Positions 49,783-59,395 of a stretch of 64,000 bases of DNA are shown here, piece by piece. The stretch lies in assembly GCA_040878325.1 (NCBI GenBank), contig JBBDMM010000016.1, positions 124,001 to 188,000 on the forward strand. The letters are read 5' to 3'. The notes below the pieces were generated by a model. That model ran no database searches, was not told the DNA's origin, and saw nothing but the letters and a program-made list of their open reading frames with translations. The position numbers were made by a program, and so were the translations under genes. Origin of the DNA: Acidimicrobiia bacterium. Lineage in GTDB: Bacteria; Actinomycetota; Acidimicrobiia; Spongiisociales; UBA11373. The first letter of the stretch is position 1, and each line of letters opens with the position of its first letter.

Positions 49783-51255
49783 TCACACCCTGGTCATTTG
49801 GGCGAGAAGACTGTCGACCGACACCGAAGCGAAGCTGGAGGATGTGTCGGATGCCCCGTAGGCGATGATGAGCCGGTCGCCGTGGATCAGCGACCCGCAC
49901 GAATAGACCACGTTGGGCACGTATCCGTCGCGTTCCGCTTCTTCGGGCTCCAACAGGGGCTCATCGAGGCTTCCAATCACCCGGCTCGGATCGTCGAGGT
50001 CGAGCAGGATCGCCCCGAGGGTGTATCGACGCATCGGGCCCACGCCGTGGGTGATCGTCAGCCAACCAGCCTCGGTCTCCAGGGGCGATCCGGCATTGCC
50101 GATCTGCATCAAATCCCATGGATGAGTGGGCACCTGGATCTGTTTCGACTCATTCCACACCCGGATGTCGTCGGACCGCATCAGGTAGTTGCTCTCGCCG
50201 TCTGATCGGCCCAGGGCGGCATATTTCCCACCGATGCGACGGGGAAAGATCGCCATCCCCTTGTTGCGCGCCTCCTTGCCGCCGATCGTGGCGATCCGGA
50301 AGGTCCGAAAGTCGGTCGTCTCGATCAGTTGCGGGAGAATCCGCAATCCATCGAAGGCGGTGTAGGTCGCGAAATATCGCATCGATTGGTCGGCTTCGAC
50401 GAACGGCACAAATCGAGCATCCTCCATACCCTGGCTCTCGGTCGGCCCGCTCGGAAACAGGACCCGCTCCGAGACGGTCGACTCCGCCGGGAAAGTGGTC
50501 TCGTAGTTCGAAGAAGCGAGCCAATGGAGCGAGTGGATGGCGGCGTCGGCCGCCTCTGGTTGGTGGGCTCCGCCGCGGAGATCGGCGCAAGCCCGGTCGA
50601 GGTCTTCGAGAGTGAACCAATCGTCGACCGAGTCGAGGATGCGCCCGACCAGACCCCCCAGCACCCCCATCTCGTCGAGCTTGGCCGCAAACGCTGCTCT
50701 TTGGAACGTGGGGGGCCGGCGGTCTCCAATGATCGGCGGCCCCGCAACATCCAGGTCGATAGCGCCGTCGGCGCCGACCGACCCGGTGCGGAACTCGATC
50801 GCCGATATGTGACCCTCCCCGACCGCCCGGAGGCTGACGATCACCTCGAGGGACCCATCCGCAACGCTCCCCTGGTCGGGAGCCGGAACGATTGATGGAT
50901 TGGTGAGGGCAGCACCCTCGAGGGAGTACTCGTGGACAAAGTACGCCCCGATGAGCATCCGAAACTCCTCCGGCACCCGAGCGACCTCCGGGACCGACGC
51001 GACCGCCGCCGCAAAACCCTGCATGAACACCTGGTCGAGGTCGGCGTGGCGCTCGGTGAAGCGGATCCTCAGGCGGTCGAGGGTGTCCCGCACCTCGGAT
51101 GGGGAGAGGGCCGTGATGCGATCGATCATCCGTTCGGCACGGCTCTTCCCGGTGAATGGTGCCTGGTCGGAGATCAGGTACGGCTTGGCGATCAGTCGAT
51201 GAGGATCGGGCCTGAGGGTCAGGGGCGATCTGACGACCGTGATGGCGGTCTTCAC
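49783..51255 (-). CDS. Glycoside hydrolase family 130 protein (long type)
   Basis: TNPSIV, RAVGEGHIS, GMEDARF, YTAFDG, NKGMAIFP, THGVG, RDGYVPNVVYSCG. Confidence 0.9.
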   Translation of the reverse strand: MKTAITVVRSPLTLRPDPHRLIAKPYLISDQAPFTGKSRAERMIDRITALSPSEVRDTLDRLRIRFTERHADLDQVFMQGFAAAVASVPEVARVPEEFRMLIGAYFVHEYSLEGAALTNPSIVPAPDQGSVADGSLEVIVSLRAVGEGHISAIEFRTGSVGADGAIDLDVAGPPIIGDRRPPTFQRAAFAAKLDEMGVLGGLVGRILDSVDDWFTLEDLDRACADLRGGAHQPEAADAAIHSLHWLASSNYETTFPAESTVSERVLFPSGPTESQGMEDARFVPFVEADQSMRYFATYTAFDGLRILPQLIETTDFRTFRIATIGGKEARNKGMAIFPRRIGGKYAALGRSDGESNYLMRSDDIRVWNESKQIQVPTHPWDLMQIGNAGSPLETEAGWLTITHGVGPMRRYTLGAILLDLDDPSRVIGSLDEPLLEPEEAERDGYVPNVVYSCGSLIHGDRLIIAYGASDTSSSFASVSVDSLLAQMTRV

Positions 51256-52340
51256 CGAGCCGGCGCCCCCATCCCCCCCTGGGCCAATCGCGCCGCCACC
51301 TGAAGGATGGCTATTCCAGCGAGTGTCGACTCGGCCCCGCGATTCTGGTTGACCCCGTACTCCATCAGGCCGTCACTGGTTGCCCCGGTGCCCGCATCGT
51401 AGAGGGCGAGGCCCAGGTCGTTGCGTCCGAGCAGCCAGTGAGCCGCACCGAGGGCTGGGAACTTCCACATTGGATCGCGAGTGATGCGCCAGGCGCGGAA
51501 GGAAGCATCGGCCAACGCCGCCGCCTCGATCGGCTGTTGGTCAAAGCCCGGTCGTGGCTCGCCGGGTGCCCACCCGGAGTGCGGGGTGAAGCTGAGATGC
51601 TCACCGTTGGTCTCGACACTCACCAGCCATTCGAGCAGCCGAAGGCCGGCCGCGATCAGGTGACCGCGACCGAGCGTCGCCCCCGCCGCGAGGAGCGCCT
51701 CAGGCAGACGCCCATTGTCGTAGGTGAGGCGGTCCTCGGGCCAGGGGATCCTCCTGCCGGCGGCATCCGCGATGACGCCCACCGTGCGCTCCAGCATCGC
51801 GGCGGCGACCGGGTGACCGGGCTGCGCGGCGATCATCTCGACCGCACCGAGGGCGGCGTAAGCGTTGGACCGCAGGTGCGGCGACTCGAAGAGATGACTG
51901 GATGCAAACGCGTCGGCCGCCGCCCGGCGGAGGGCGGGAGTGGGGCCCGAGCGGGCCGCCCTCCCCAGCGCCCACCAGGCTCTGCCTTGACTGTCGTCGC
52001 TACCGACGGTGTCGATCCAGACCCCATCGGCGTGCCGGCGATTGTGGAATCGGCCGAAGTCGATTCGGGAGTCGAGCACGAATCCGAGGTAGGTGGAGGC
52101 GAGATCGATCAGCTCGGTCGACCCGGACGCCTCCCGCAACACCACCAGCAACGCACGAGCGTTGTCGTCGGTGCAGAAGCCGTGCTCGGTGCGAGGGGAC
52201 GACCCGAGGGCATGCTCCCAAAGGCCGAGGTCAGTGGTGAGACGCCCTAGGTGGGCAAACGACGGCGCCGGCATTGCTGCCTGACCCGAGGAATCCCGCG
52301 ATGGGACCCATGCCGCAATCCGGCCGGGGTCATCCGGCAT
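51252..52340 (-). CDS. Alpha-helical protein homologous to the C-terminal half of GT4 fusion proteins
   Basis: EHA, GFCTDDNARAL, DSQGRAWWALG, WPEDRLTYDN, FDQQPIE, NRGAESTL; start may be 52274. Confidence 0.8.
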   Translation of the reverse strand: MPDDPGRIAAWVPSRDSSGQAAMPAPSFAHLGRLTTDLGLWEHALGSSPRTEHGFCTDDNARALLVVLREASGSTELIDLASTYLGFVLDSRIDFGRFHNRRHADGVWIDTVGSDDSQGRAWWALGRAARSGPTPALRRAAADAFASSHLFESPHLRSNAYAALGAVEMIAAQPGHPVAAAMLERTVGVIADAAGRRIPWPEDRLTYDNGRLPEALLAAGATLGRGHLIAAGLRLLEWLVSVETNGEHLSFTPHSGWAPGEPRPGFDQQPIEAAALADASFRAWRITRDPMWKFPALGAAHWLLGRNDLGLALYDAGTGATSDGLMEYGVNQNRGAESTLAGIAILQVAARLAQGGMGAPAR

Positions 52341-53514
52341 GCGGCACCGCCGACGAATCGGAGATCGTGCCGGCCTTCCTCGTCGCGATAGTCCCCATCA
52401 TCGCTCCGAACCGACGGCCGATCTCGGGCCAGTACCACCGGGCGGCGAGACGCTGGGCCTCCCGGGCCATCGCGGACCGCAGGGAGCGATCCGTGGCGAG
52501 TCTCCGAATGGCTGCGGCCAATGCCGCGACGTCCTGGTGCGGCACGACGATCCCGGCGCCGTCCGTGAGCAGGTCGACGGCATGAGGAAAGGCGGTGGCG
52601 ATGACGGGCTTCGAAGCGGCAACTGCCTCGACCAGTACGCCTGACGTCAACTGCTCCACAGATTCGTAGGGAAGAACCACGAAGTCGGCCCGGCGGACGA
52701 GACGGGCGAGCGTATCGCGGTCGAGGTAGCGATCGTCGAACTCGACCACATCCTCGAGCCCATTCGCCTTCACCAGTTCGATGAGGGACTCGCGATAGGT
52801 CTCACCGGCCGACTCCCGAACCCGGGGGTGGGTGGCGCCCACGATCAGATAGCGGGGCCGCGGCTCGAGGTCGACCAGACCCGCGAAAGCGGCGATTGCA
52901 GACTCCAAACCCTTTCCGGGACCGATGAGGCCCCAGGTGAGGACCAGGGGGCGATTCCCCTCCACCAGGGAAGGGCCGCCAAACCGCGGGTGTACCCCGT
53001 GGGGGATGGTCTCGACCCGCGATGCGTCGATCCCGTAGCGGTTGGTGAGCCGTTCGGCGGCGATGGGGCTCATGACGATGAGCCGATCGGCGGCAACGCC
53101 AAGATGTTCGACGATCCGCTGCTGCGCAGCCGTCGGGCGGTCGAGCACGGTGTGGAAGGTCACGGCCGTGGGCACGGTGAGGCCGTCGATGAGTTCGACC
53201 ACCTCATCGCCATCGGGGCCCCCGAAGATCCCGAATTCGTGTTGGATCGAAACCGTGTCGAACCCGTTGAGCACCCGCAGCGCCTGATCCAGCGAATGCC
53301 GGTCGCCGACCCGGTGGTGGTAGGCGACGTCGGCCGACGTGGAGATTGCGGCGGCTGAGGCGAGGTCGACCACGCCGAGACCCTCCCGCGAGGAGCGGTC
53401 GCTGGCGATGCCGTCGAGCAGTGCGGCCGTATAGCTGGCGATTCCGCAAGCGGTCGGCGGGTAGGTGCTGACGAACCCGATGGATACGGGGGTGCTTATG
53501 ACGACTCCAATCAA
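52330..53514 (-). CDS. Glycosyltransferase family 4
   Basis: STYPPTACGIA, QHEFGIFGG, WGLIGPGKG, GATHP, TSGVLVEA; start ambiguous (TTG 53514 or ATA 53499). Confidence 0.9.
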   Translation of the reverse strand: MIGVVISTPVSIGFVSTYPPTACGIASYTAALLDGIASDRSSREGLGVVDLASAAAISTSADVAYHHRVGDRHSLDQALRVLNGFDTVSIQHEFGIFGGPDGDEVVELIDGLTVPTAVTFHTVLDRPTAAQQRIVEHLGVAADRLIVMSPIAAERLTNRYGIDASRVETIPHGVHPRFGGPSLVEGNRPLVLTWGLIGPGKGLESAIAAFAGLVDLEPRPRYLIVGATHPRVRESAGETYRESLIELVKANGLEDVVEFDDRYLDRDTLARLVRRADFVVLPYESVEQLTSGVLVEAVAASKPVIATAFPHAVDLLTDGAGIVVPHQDVAALAAAIRRLATDRSLRSAMAREAQRLAARWYWPEIGRRFGAMMGTIATRKAGTISDSSAVPHAG

Positions 53515-53915
53515 GAATGGCTCGGGTTACCAACCATCGACGATGACGGGCACGAGTGTCTGATCGGAAGAACTCCCCCGCAGGACCGATCGGCAAACCC
53601 GGCCGCCGGTTCCCTCATTGTACCGGTGCCGGCCGGACTGTCCGCCGGCCACGGGGCCACGGGGGGATGGGCGCCCACAGAAATGCCCATCGCAATCGGG
53701 ATTCGGGTTTGCGGACGGGGGCGGCTATGCTCTCCTTCAACAGTGCACGCCTGATGCGTGCTGCGCCTCCCTTCTCCTTTCCTACCGTCGGGTGAAGCGG
53801 CCATTGGGCCCAGCAAAGATGCTCACCCGGTTTCGGTCGGTTGTGACCTCCGGCTTCGCACCACATGGGGCGCAACGACGATCGACGGTTCAACGCTTCA
53901 AGAGGAGCAAAGACA

Positions 53916-54167
53916 ATGACCACCAACATCTACGTGGGGAATCTCACGTTCGACACCGATTCCGCTCAGCTGGAGTCCCTGTTCTCCCAGCACGGTCAGG
54001 TGACCAAGGCCCAGGTCGTGATGGATCGCGACACCGGCCGCTCGCGCGGTTTCGGGTTCGTCGAGATGGCCTCGTCCGACGAGGCTCAGAAGGCGATCGA
54101 TTCCCTCAACGGCAAGGACGTCGGCGGGCGTGCGCTCACCGTCAACCTGGCCAAAGAACGCCGTTAG
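53916..54167 (+). CDS. Single-RRM RNA-binding protein
   Basis: RNP2 IYVGNL and RNP1 RGFGFVEM; AGGAG SD; start ATG 53916. Confidence 0.95.
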   Translation: MTTNIYVGNLTFDTDSAQLESLFSQHGQVTKAQVVMDRDTGRSRGFGFVEMASSDEAQKAIDSLNGKDVGGRALTVNLAKERR

Positions 54168-54242
54168 GCGATAACACTCCCGAGCACGGGATTCGCGGGG
54201 CGAAGGCCCGACGCCAACCCCGTTGCTCGGTCAGAAATGAGG

Positions 54243-54276
54243 AAGGACCGGCCACAGGGCCGGTCCTTTCTTCATT
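54243..54276 (+). terminator. Intrinsic terminator
   Basis: aaggaccggcc-acag-ggccggtcctt followed by tcttcatt. Confidence 0.8.
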
Positions 54277-54425
54277 CGAAAGCTGGGCTTCATCGATGTG
54301 AGCCCCATTATCTGCCAAAAGGAGAGAGCTTCACATAAGGGCCGGAGAGGTGTATCTTTCCTTCGCTACCACTAGTTGGTAGCCCGCCCAGACCCCGCGG
54401 CCCTTATTCGGCGCGGAGGTGCACG

Positions 54426-56366
54426 GTGGTTTCGGACCGGCGACTCTCTGAGCTTCTGGGCGAGTTCGCCCGGACTCTGATGACGGACTATCCGATTCAG
54501 TCGATCCTCGATCACCTCGTGCGTCGCATCGTCGAAGTGCTGCCGATCGGCTCTGCCAGCGTGACGCTGATCTCGGAGACAGGGGAAACCAGGCATGTGG
54601 CCGCCTCCGACGAGTCGGCGCTGCGCTTCGTGGAACTCCAGACCGAGAACGGGCAGGGGCCTTGCATCGCGGCCTTCCGGACCGGTGAGACCGTCGCCAT
54701 CCCCGACCTCCGCCACGACACTCGGTTCCCCGAATTTTCGACGCGGGCAATCGAAGAGGGGCTCGCCGCGGTTTTCAGCTTTCCTCTCCGGGACTACGAC
54801 CACAGGCTCGGGGCTCTCGACCTGTACCGGACGACGGCCGGCACGATGGACGCCGAGGCGATGGCGGCAGCCCAGACGCTTGCGGATGTGACCACCGCCT
54901 ACCTCCTCAACGCGCAGGCGCGGGCGGATCTGGAGGAGGCGTCGGAGCGCGATCGCCACCGATCACTCCATGACCCGCTGACTGGCCTGCCAAACCGCAC
55001 CCTCCTCGTCGAGCGCCTCGACCACGCGATGCTCCGCTGCCGGCGTTCGAAAAAGATGGTTGCCGTGTTCTACACCGACCTCGACGGGTTCAAGTCGATA
55101 AACGACTCTTACGGGCACCAGATCGGGGACCAGTTGCTGGTTGCAGTCGCCGAACGGCTGACGAATCTGCTCCGACCCGGAGATACGGTCGCGCGCTTGT
55201 CGGGAGACGAGTTCGTCATCCTCTGCGAGGATCTCGACGAGGCCGTGCAGGCGGAACCGCTCGCCGAACGCATCGGTGCGGCGATGCGCGAGCCCTTCGT
55301 AGTGTCCGGCACCCAGTTGCATGTCAGCGCCAGCGTCGGTATCGCCTTTGCCGGCCTCGCCGACGACATCCCCCACTCGGTTCTGGATCAGGCGGACGCC
55401 GCGATGTACGAGGCGAAGCGGCAAGGGGGAGGACGTCACGCCATCATCGACCTGCGTGACCACCGCGTAGTCAGTCACCGGGCGCGCCTGAATCAAGACC
55501 TCCGCGGCGCGGTAAGGCGGGGTGAGATGGAGGTCCACTACCAGCCGATCGTGGCCACCGGGAGCGGACAAGTCACCGGGGCCGAAGCCCTGCTCCGCTG
55601 GCACCATCCGGCTTTCGGGATGGTGCATCCCGACGTGATGATCCCATTGGCGGAACAGTCGGGCCTCATCGGCGACATCGGTCGGTGGGTAATGGAGCAG
55701 GCGTGCCGCGACCGCAAGCGTTGGGTGGGCCAAACCTCCCGGGAGGATCTTGGAGTATCGGTGAACATCTCGATCCACCAGCTGATGGCGCCGGGCTTCG
55801 CCAGCTTGGTGTCGACCGTATTGTCCGACACCGAGACACAGCCAAATCTGATGACACTCGAGGTGACCGAGAGCGTCCTCGTCTCCGACCGGGAGCGCGC
55901 CCTGACCGCCCTCGTCGGCCTCAAGAACATCGGCGTGGCTCTGGCACTCGACGACTTTGGGACCGGCCAATCGTCGCTCAGCCACCTGAAGCACTTCCCG
56001 ATGGACACGGTGAAGATCGACCGGGGGTTCATCGGCGACCTGGAGACAAGCCTTGCGAGTCGCCTGATCGTCAGGGCCGTAGTGGGTTTGGCTCATGGCC
56101 TGAACATGGCCGTCGTGGCCGAAGGAGTGGAGACGGCGGGGCAGCGGATGAGGGTCGCCGAGATGAGCTGTGACTTCAGCCAGGGCTACCTGTTCGCCCG
56201 TCCCCGGAGCGCCGAAGACCTCAGCGCCCTCCTCGGCGATCGGCAGACGCTCCCATTGCGACGCACGGCACCAGCGTTTTCCCAACTGGCGGCAGCAAGC
56301 CCGGGTACACCCGGCCACACGGAGCACTGGAAGGGAGCCCGAACCGAGGGGCGCGGTGACCAATGA
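54426..56366 (+). CDS. GAF-GGDEF-EAL diguanylate cyclase/phosphodiesterase
   Basis: GAF (GQGPC), HDPLTGLPNR, RPGD I-site, SGDEF, AEALLRW, DDFGTG, KID, AEGVE, QGY; GGAGG SD. Confidence 0.94.
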   Translation: MVSDRRLSELLGEFARTLMTDYPIQSILDHLVRRIVEVLPIGSASVTLISETGETRHVAASDESALRFVELQTENGQGPCIAAFRTGETVAIPDLRHDTRFPEFSTRAIEEGLAAVFSFPLRDYDHRLGALDLYRTTAGTMDAEAMAAAQTLADVTTAYLLNAQARADLEEASERDRHRSLHDPLTGLPNRTLLVERLDHAMLRCRRSKKMVAVFYTDLDGFKSINDSYGHQIGDQLLVAVAERLTNLLRPGDTVARLSGDEFVILCEDLDEAVQAEPLAERIGAAMREPFVVSGTQLHVSASVGIAFAGLADDIPHSVLDQADAAMYEAKRQGGGRHAIIDLRDHRVVSHRARLNQDLRGAVRRGEMEVHYQPIVATGSGQVTGAEALLRWHHPAFGMVHPDVMIPLAEQSGLIGDIGRWVMEQACRDRKRWVGQTSREDLGVSVNISIHQLMAPGFASLVSTVLSDTETQPNLMTLEVTESVLVSDRERALTALVGLKNIGVALALDDFGTGQSSLSHLKHFPMDTVKIDRGFIGDLETSLASRLIVRAVVGLAHGLNMAVVAEGVETAGQRMRVAEMSCDFSQGYLFARPRSAEDLSALLGDRQTLPLRRTAPAFSQLAAASPGTPGHTEHWKGARTEGRGDQ

Positions 56367-57084
56367 CGCTCGCGACCGGGCGGCGCGCGTCGCCGTGGCG
56401 TTCGAACAACATCGCACCGCGAACCCGCCTGGCAGCGTATGCGTGGCAACCGCCGAGGTGATGCAGGTTTCATCTGCCGGCGTCACGCTGATGAGCGGCC
56501 GACACAGCGGCCCGGTGTGCTTCTCCGATCGACGAGCCGGCGCCCTCGACGAGTTGCAGTTCTCGCTCGGCGAGGGGCCGTGCCAGGACGCCTATGCCAG
56601 CCGTGCGCCTGTGTTCGAACCCGACCTCTACTCGGCAGGCCAGAGTCGATGGCCCAACTTTGCACCCCTCGCCATCGAGCTGGGGACTCGAGGCGTGTTT
56701 GCGTTCCCTCTCCACAGCGGCCGGAGGTGCATTGGGGTACTCACCCTCTACCAGAACGCCGCAGGCGACCTTTCCCGCGACCAGATCGCCGACAGCCTGT
56801 GGGTGGTAGACGCCCTCACCGAGTCGATCCTCACCCCCCACACGACCGAGCAGCCAACTCTCTCCACCCACGAACGCCCTGCTTCGATCGCGCACCGGGC
56901 CGAGTTTCACCAGGCGACGGGAATGGTGGCAGTACAACTCGATATCTCCGTCGCCGACGCTTCCGTGCGCATCCGGGCGCACGCCTACGCAACATCCCGA
57001 TCGCTCGCCGCGGTGGCCCAGGACATCGTGGCACGGCGCCTCCGCCTCGGCGATGACACGCCACCCGGGGGATCGAATGACTAG
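56356..57084 (+). CDS. GAF and ANTAR domain protein
   Basis: ELQFSLGEGPC GAF; ANTAR FHQATGMVAVQL...RAHAY...VAQDIV; GTG 56356. Confidence 0.9.
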   Translation: MTNDARDRAARVAVAFEQHRTANPPGSVCVATAEVMQVSSAGVTLMSGRHSGPVCFSDRRAGALDELQFSLGEGPCQDAYASRAPVFEPDLYSAGQSRWPNFAPLAIELGTRGVFAFPLHSGRRCIGVLTLYQNAAGDLSRDQIADSLWVVDALTESILTPHTTEQPTLSTHERPASIAHRAEFHQATGMVAVQLDISVADASVRIRAHAYATSRSLAAVAQDIVARRLRLGDDTPPGGSND

Positions 57085-57114
57085 TCTTGGGTCGCCTGGA
57101 AGAGGCAGGGAGGA

Positions 57115-57870
57115 ATGAAGCGAGAGCAACTCGTCGTCGATGTCTTTGTTCAACTCGCCGACTCGCTGGTTGACGACTTCGACATCATCGACCTGCTCAC
57201 CGTGCTCTCGGACGGATGCGTCCGGCTCGACCCCGCCGACGCGGCCGGGATTCTCCTCGCCGACGAGGACAGCAATCTGCGAGTCATGGCCGCCTCCAGC
57301 GAGCGAGCCCGTCTACTCGAGCTGTTCCAGTTACAGAACCACGAGGGACCCTGCCTGGAGGCGTATTCGACCGGCCAACCCGTGACGCACACCGACCTCG
57401 CCAACTCGGTGGACCGATGGCCGCACTTCGGCCCCGAGGCTGTGTCCGCCGGGTTCGGCTCGGTTCATGCGATCCCCCTGCGGCTCCGGACCATCGTCAT
57501 CGGGGCGCTCAATCTGTTCGCTGCCGAAGCCAGACCGCTGGACGAACCGAATGCACACCTTGCGCGCGCCCTGGCCGATGTCGCCAGCATCGCCATCCTC
57601 CAGGACCAAGCCGCTCGAGAGGCGGTGCTGCGGGCCGGCCAACTCCAGTACGCCCTCGACAGCAGGGTGGCCATCGAACAGGCCAAGGGGATGGTGGCCG
57701 AACGGACCAAGACCGACATGGACGAGGCGTTCCGGATCCTTCGCAAGTACGCCCGCGACTCTCGCCGCCACCTCAGCGCGGTCGCGACGGATATCGCCGC
57801 AGGAACCGTGCCGCTCGACGAGGTCATATCAGCGACCGTGCTGTCGGAATCCGACCACAAGAACGGTTAG
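57115..57870 (+). CDS. GAF and ANTAR domain protein
   Basis: LADSLVDDFD, QNHEGPC, ANTAR ALDSRVAIEQAKGM...EAFRILRKYAR. Confidence 0.93.
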   Translation: MKREQLVVDVFVQLADSLVDDFDIIDLLTVLSDGCVRLDPADAAGILLADEDSNLRVMAASSERARLLELFQLQNHEGPCLEAYSTGQPVTHTDLANSVDRWPHFGPEAVSAGFGSVHAIPLRLRTIVIGALNLFAAEARPLDEPNAHLARALADVASIAILQDQAAREAVLRAGQLQYALDSRVAIEQAKGMVAERTKTDMDEAFRILRKYARDSRRHLSAVATDIAAGTVPLDEVISATVLSESDHKNG

Positions 57871-58006
57871 GCACGACCACGGAGTTGCCCGCGCTCATAG
57901 ATGAGCGCACTGCGAACTGACCGAACCGTCGTCAGTGTCTAACCATCGGGGCTTTTGGCCCTAACGCCCCGCTGAGCCTCTCCGTACCTTCCCCCAGTAA
58001 CCACAG

Positions 58007-59395
58007 ATGGAGGGGGCCGTGTCTCGAGAGTCCACCGCGTCCGATCGGAACTTGTTTCTCGCCGGCATCGGCGTGCTGGTGATCGTTGCGCTGATCATGT
58101 CGATCCTCGCGCTGGGGAAGGCCCTGGCGGGCCCCGGGACGGCGTCGTCACCAGCCGCGTCTTCCACGACGGCGCCGCCGACCACCCCCGCGGCGACGCC
58201 GGCTGAGGTGAGCATCACCCTCTCTGAGTTTTCGATCACCCCCGGGGAGATCGTGATCGCCGCCGGCGGGTCCCTCGTCGTCGAGAACGAAGGGTCGATC
58301 GAGCACGATCTGCGGATCGAGGGGACCGATCTGATCACTCCCCTGATCGCCGTGGGTGGCTCGGAGCGCCTCGACCTCACCGGCCTCGAGCCGGGGACCT
58401 ACCGGGTCCTGTGCACGGTGGCCGGTCACGAGCCGGCGGGGATGAGCGCCACCCTCGTGGTGGGTGGTGCCACCGGCGAACCGGGCGGACACGAGGGCCA
58501 TGGCTCTACCGAGATCACCTGGGAGCAGATGGAGGAGAACATGCGAGCCTCGGTGGCCGCCTTTCCGGCCGAGACCGAAGGCGTCGGCGCCCTGCCCATG
58601 GAGCCGACGATCCTCCCCGACGGAACCAAGGAGTTCGTCCTGGTCGTCGATGAACTGCAGTGGGAGGTCGAGCCGGGGCGGGTGGTCGAAGCAGTCGCCT
58701 ACAACGGCCAGATCCCCGGACCGACCATCAGAGTCGATGTCGGCGACCGGGTGCGCATCGTCGTCGAGAACCGCCTCGACGAGATCACCTCGTGGCACCC
58801 CCATGGGGTTCGGCGTCACCCCAACGCCGCCGACGGAGTGGGGTTCATCACCCAGGACCCGATCCGGCCGGGCGAGAGCTGGACCGTGGAGTTCGTCGCC
58901 GAGGAGCTTTCGGTGGGGATGTACCACGGGCACGACATGGGCATCCACCAGGTCCCCAATGGACTCGCTGGAGCGTTCCTGGTGGGCGAAGTGCCACTGC
59001 CCGAAGGCTGGGAAATCGTGTCGGAGGAAGTGATGTTCCTCAACGACGCCGGCAACATCGGCTTCAGCCTCAACGGCAAGTCATTCCCGGCCACCACCCC
59101 TTACGTTCTCGCTCAGGGCGAAGCGATGATGGTGCACTACATGAACGAGGGGCTCATGTCCCACCCGATGCACCTCCACAACAACCGGCAGTTGGTGATC
59201 GCCAAGGACGGATTCCCGCTCGAGTCACCGTATTACGCCGACACGCTGAACGTCGCCCCCGGGGAGCGATACACCGTGCTCGTCCTCGCCGAACTGCCCG
59301 GCGTCTGGGTATGGCACTGCCACATCTTCACCCATGTGGAGCGCAGCGACGGCACCATGTTCGGGATGCTCACCGCCCTGATCGTGGAGGAGTAG
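58007..59395 (+). CDS. Membrane-anchored two-domain multicopper oxidase with an extra N-terminal cupredoxin
   Basis: TM; H...CTVAGHEPAGM type-1 site; WHPHG, MYHGH, HPMHLH, WHCHIFTH...M. Confidence 0.9.
   Translation: MEGAVSRESTASDRNLFLAGIGVLVIVALIMSILALGKALAGPGTASSPAASSTTAPPTTPAATPAEVSITLSEFSITPGEIVIAAGGSLVVENEGSIEHDLRIEGTDLITPLIAVGGSERLDLTGLEPGTYRVLCTVAGHEPAGMSATLVVGGATGEPGGHEGHGSTEITWEQMEENMRASVAAFPAETEGVGALPMEPTILPDGTKEFVLVVDELQWEVEPGRVVEAVAYNGQIPGPTIRVDVGDRVRIVVENRLDEITSWHPHGVRRHPNAADGVGFITQDPIRPGESWTVEFVAEELSVGMYHGHDMGIHQVPNGLAGAFLVGEVPLPEGWEIVSEEVMFLNDAGNIGFSLNGKSFPATTPYVLAQGEAMMVHYMNEGLMSHPMHLHNNRQLVIAKDGFPLESPYYADTLNVAPGERYTVLVLAELPGVWVWHCHIFTHVERSDGTMFGMLTALIVEE

Noticed and set aside
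53590..53680. GGCAAACC as the start of a c-di-GMP-I riboswitch
   Set aside because: It lacks the GNRA-capped P2 and the GACGCAAAGC-type junction.
54280..54425. Dual-hairpin ANTAR site directly upstream of the GGDEF-EAL operon
   Set aside because: Hairpins exist (gctacca-ctagt-tggtagc), but none has an A1/G4 hexaloop pair.
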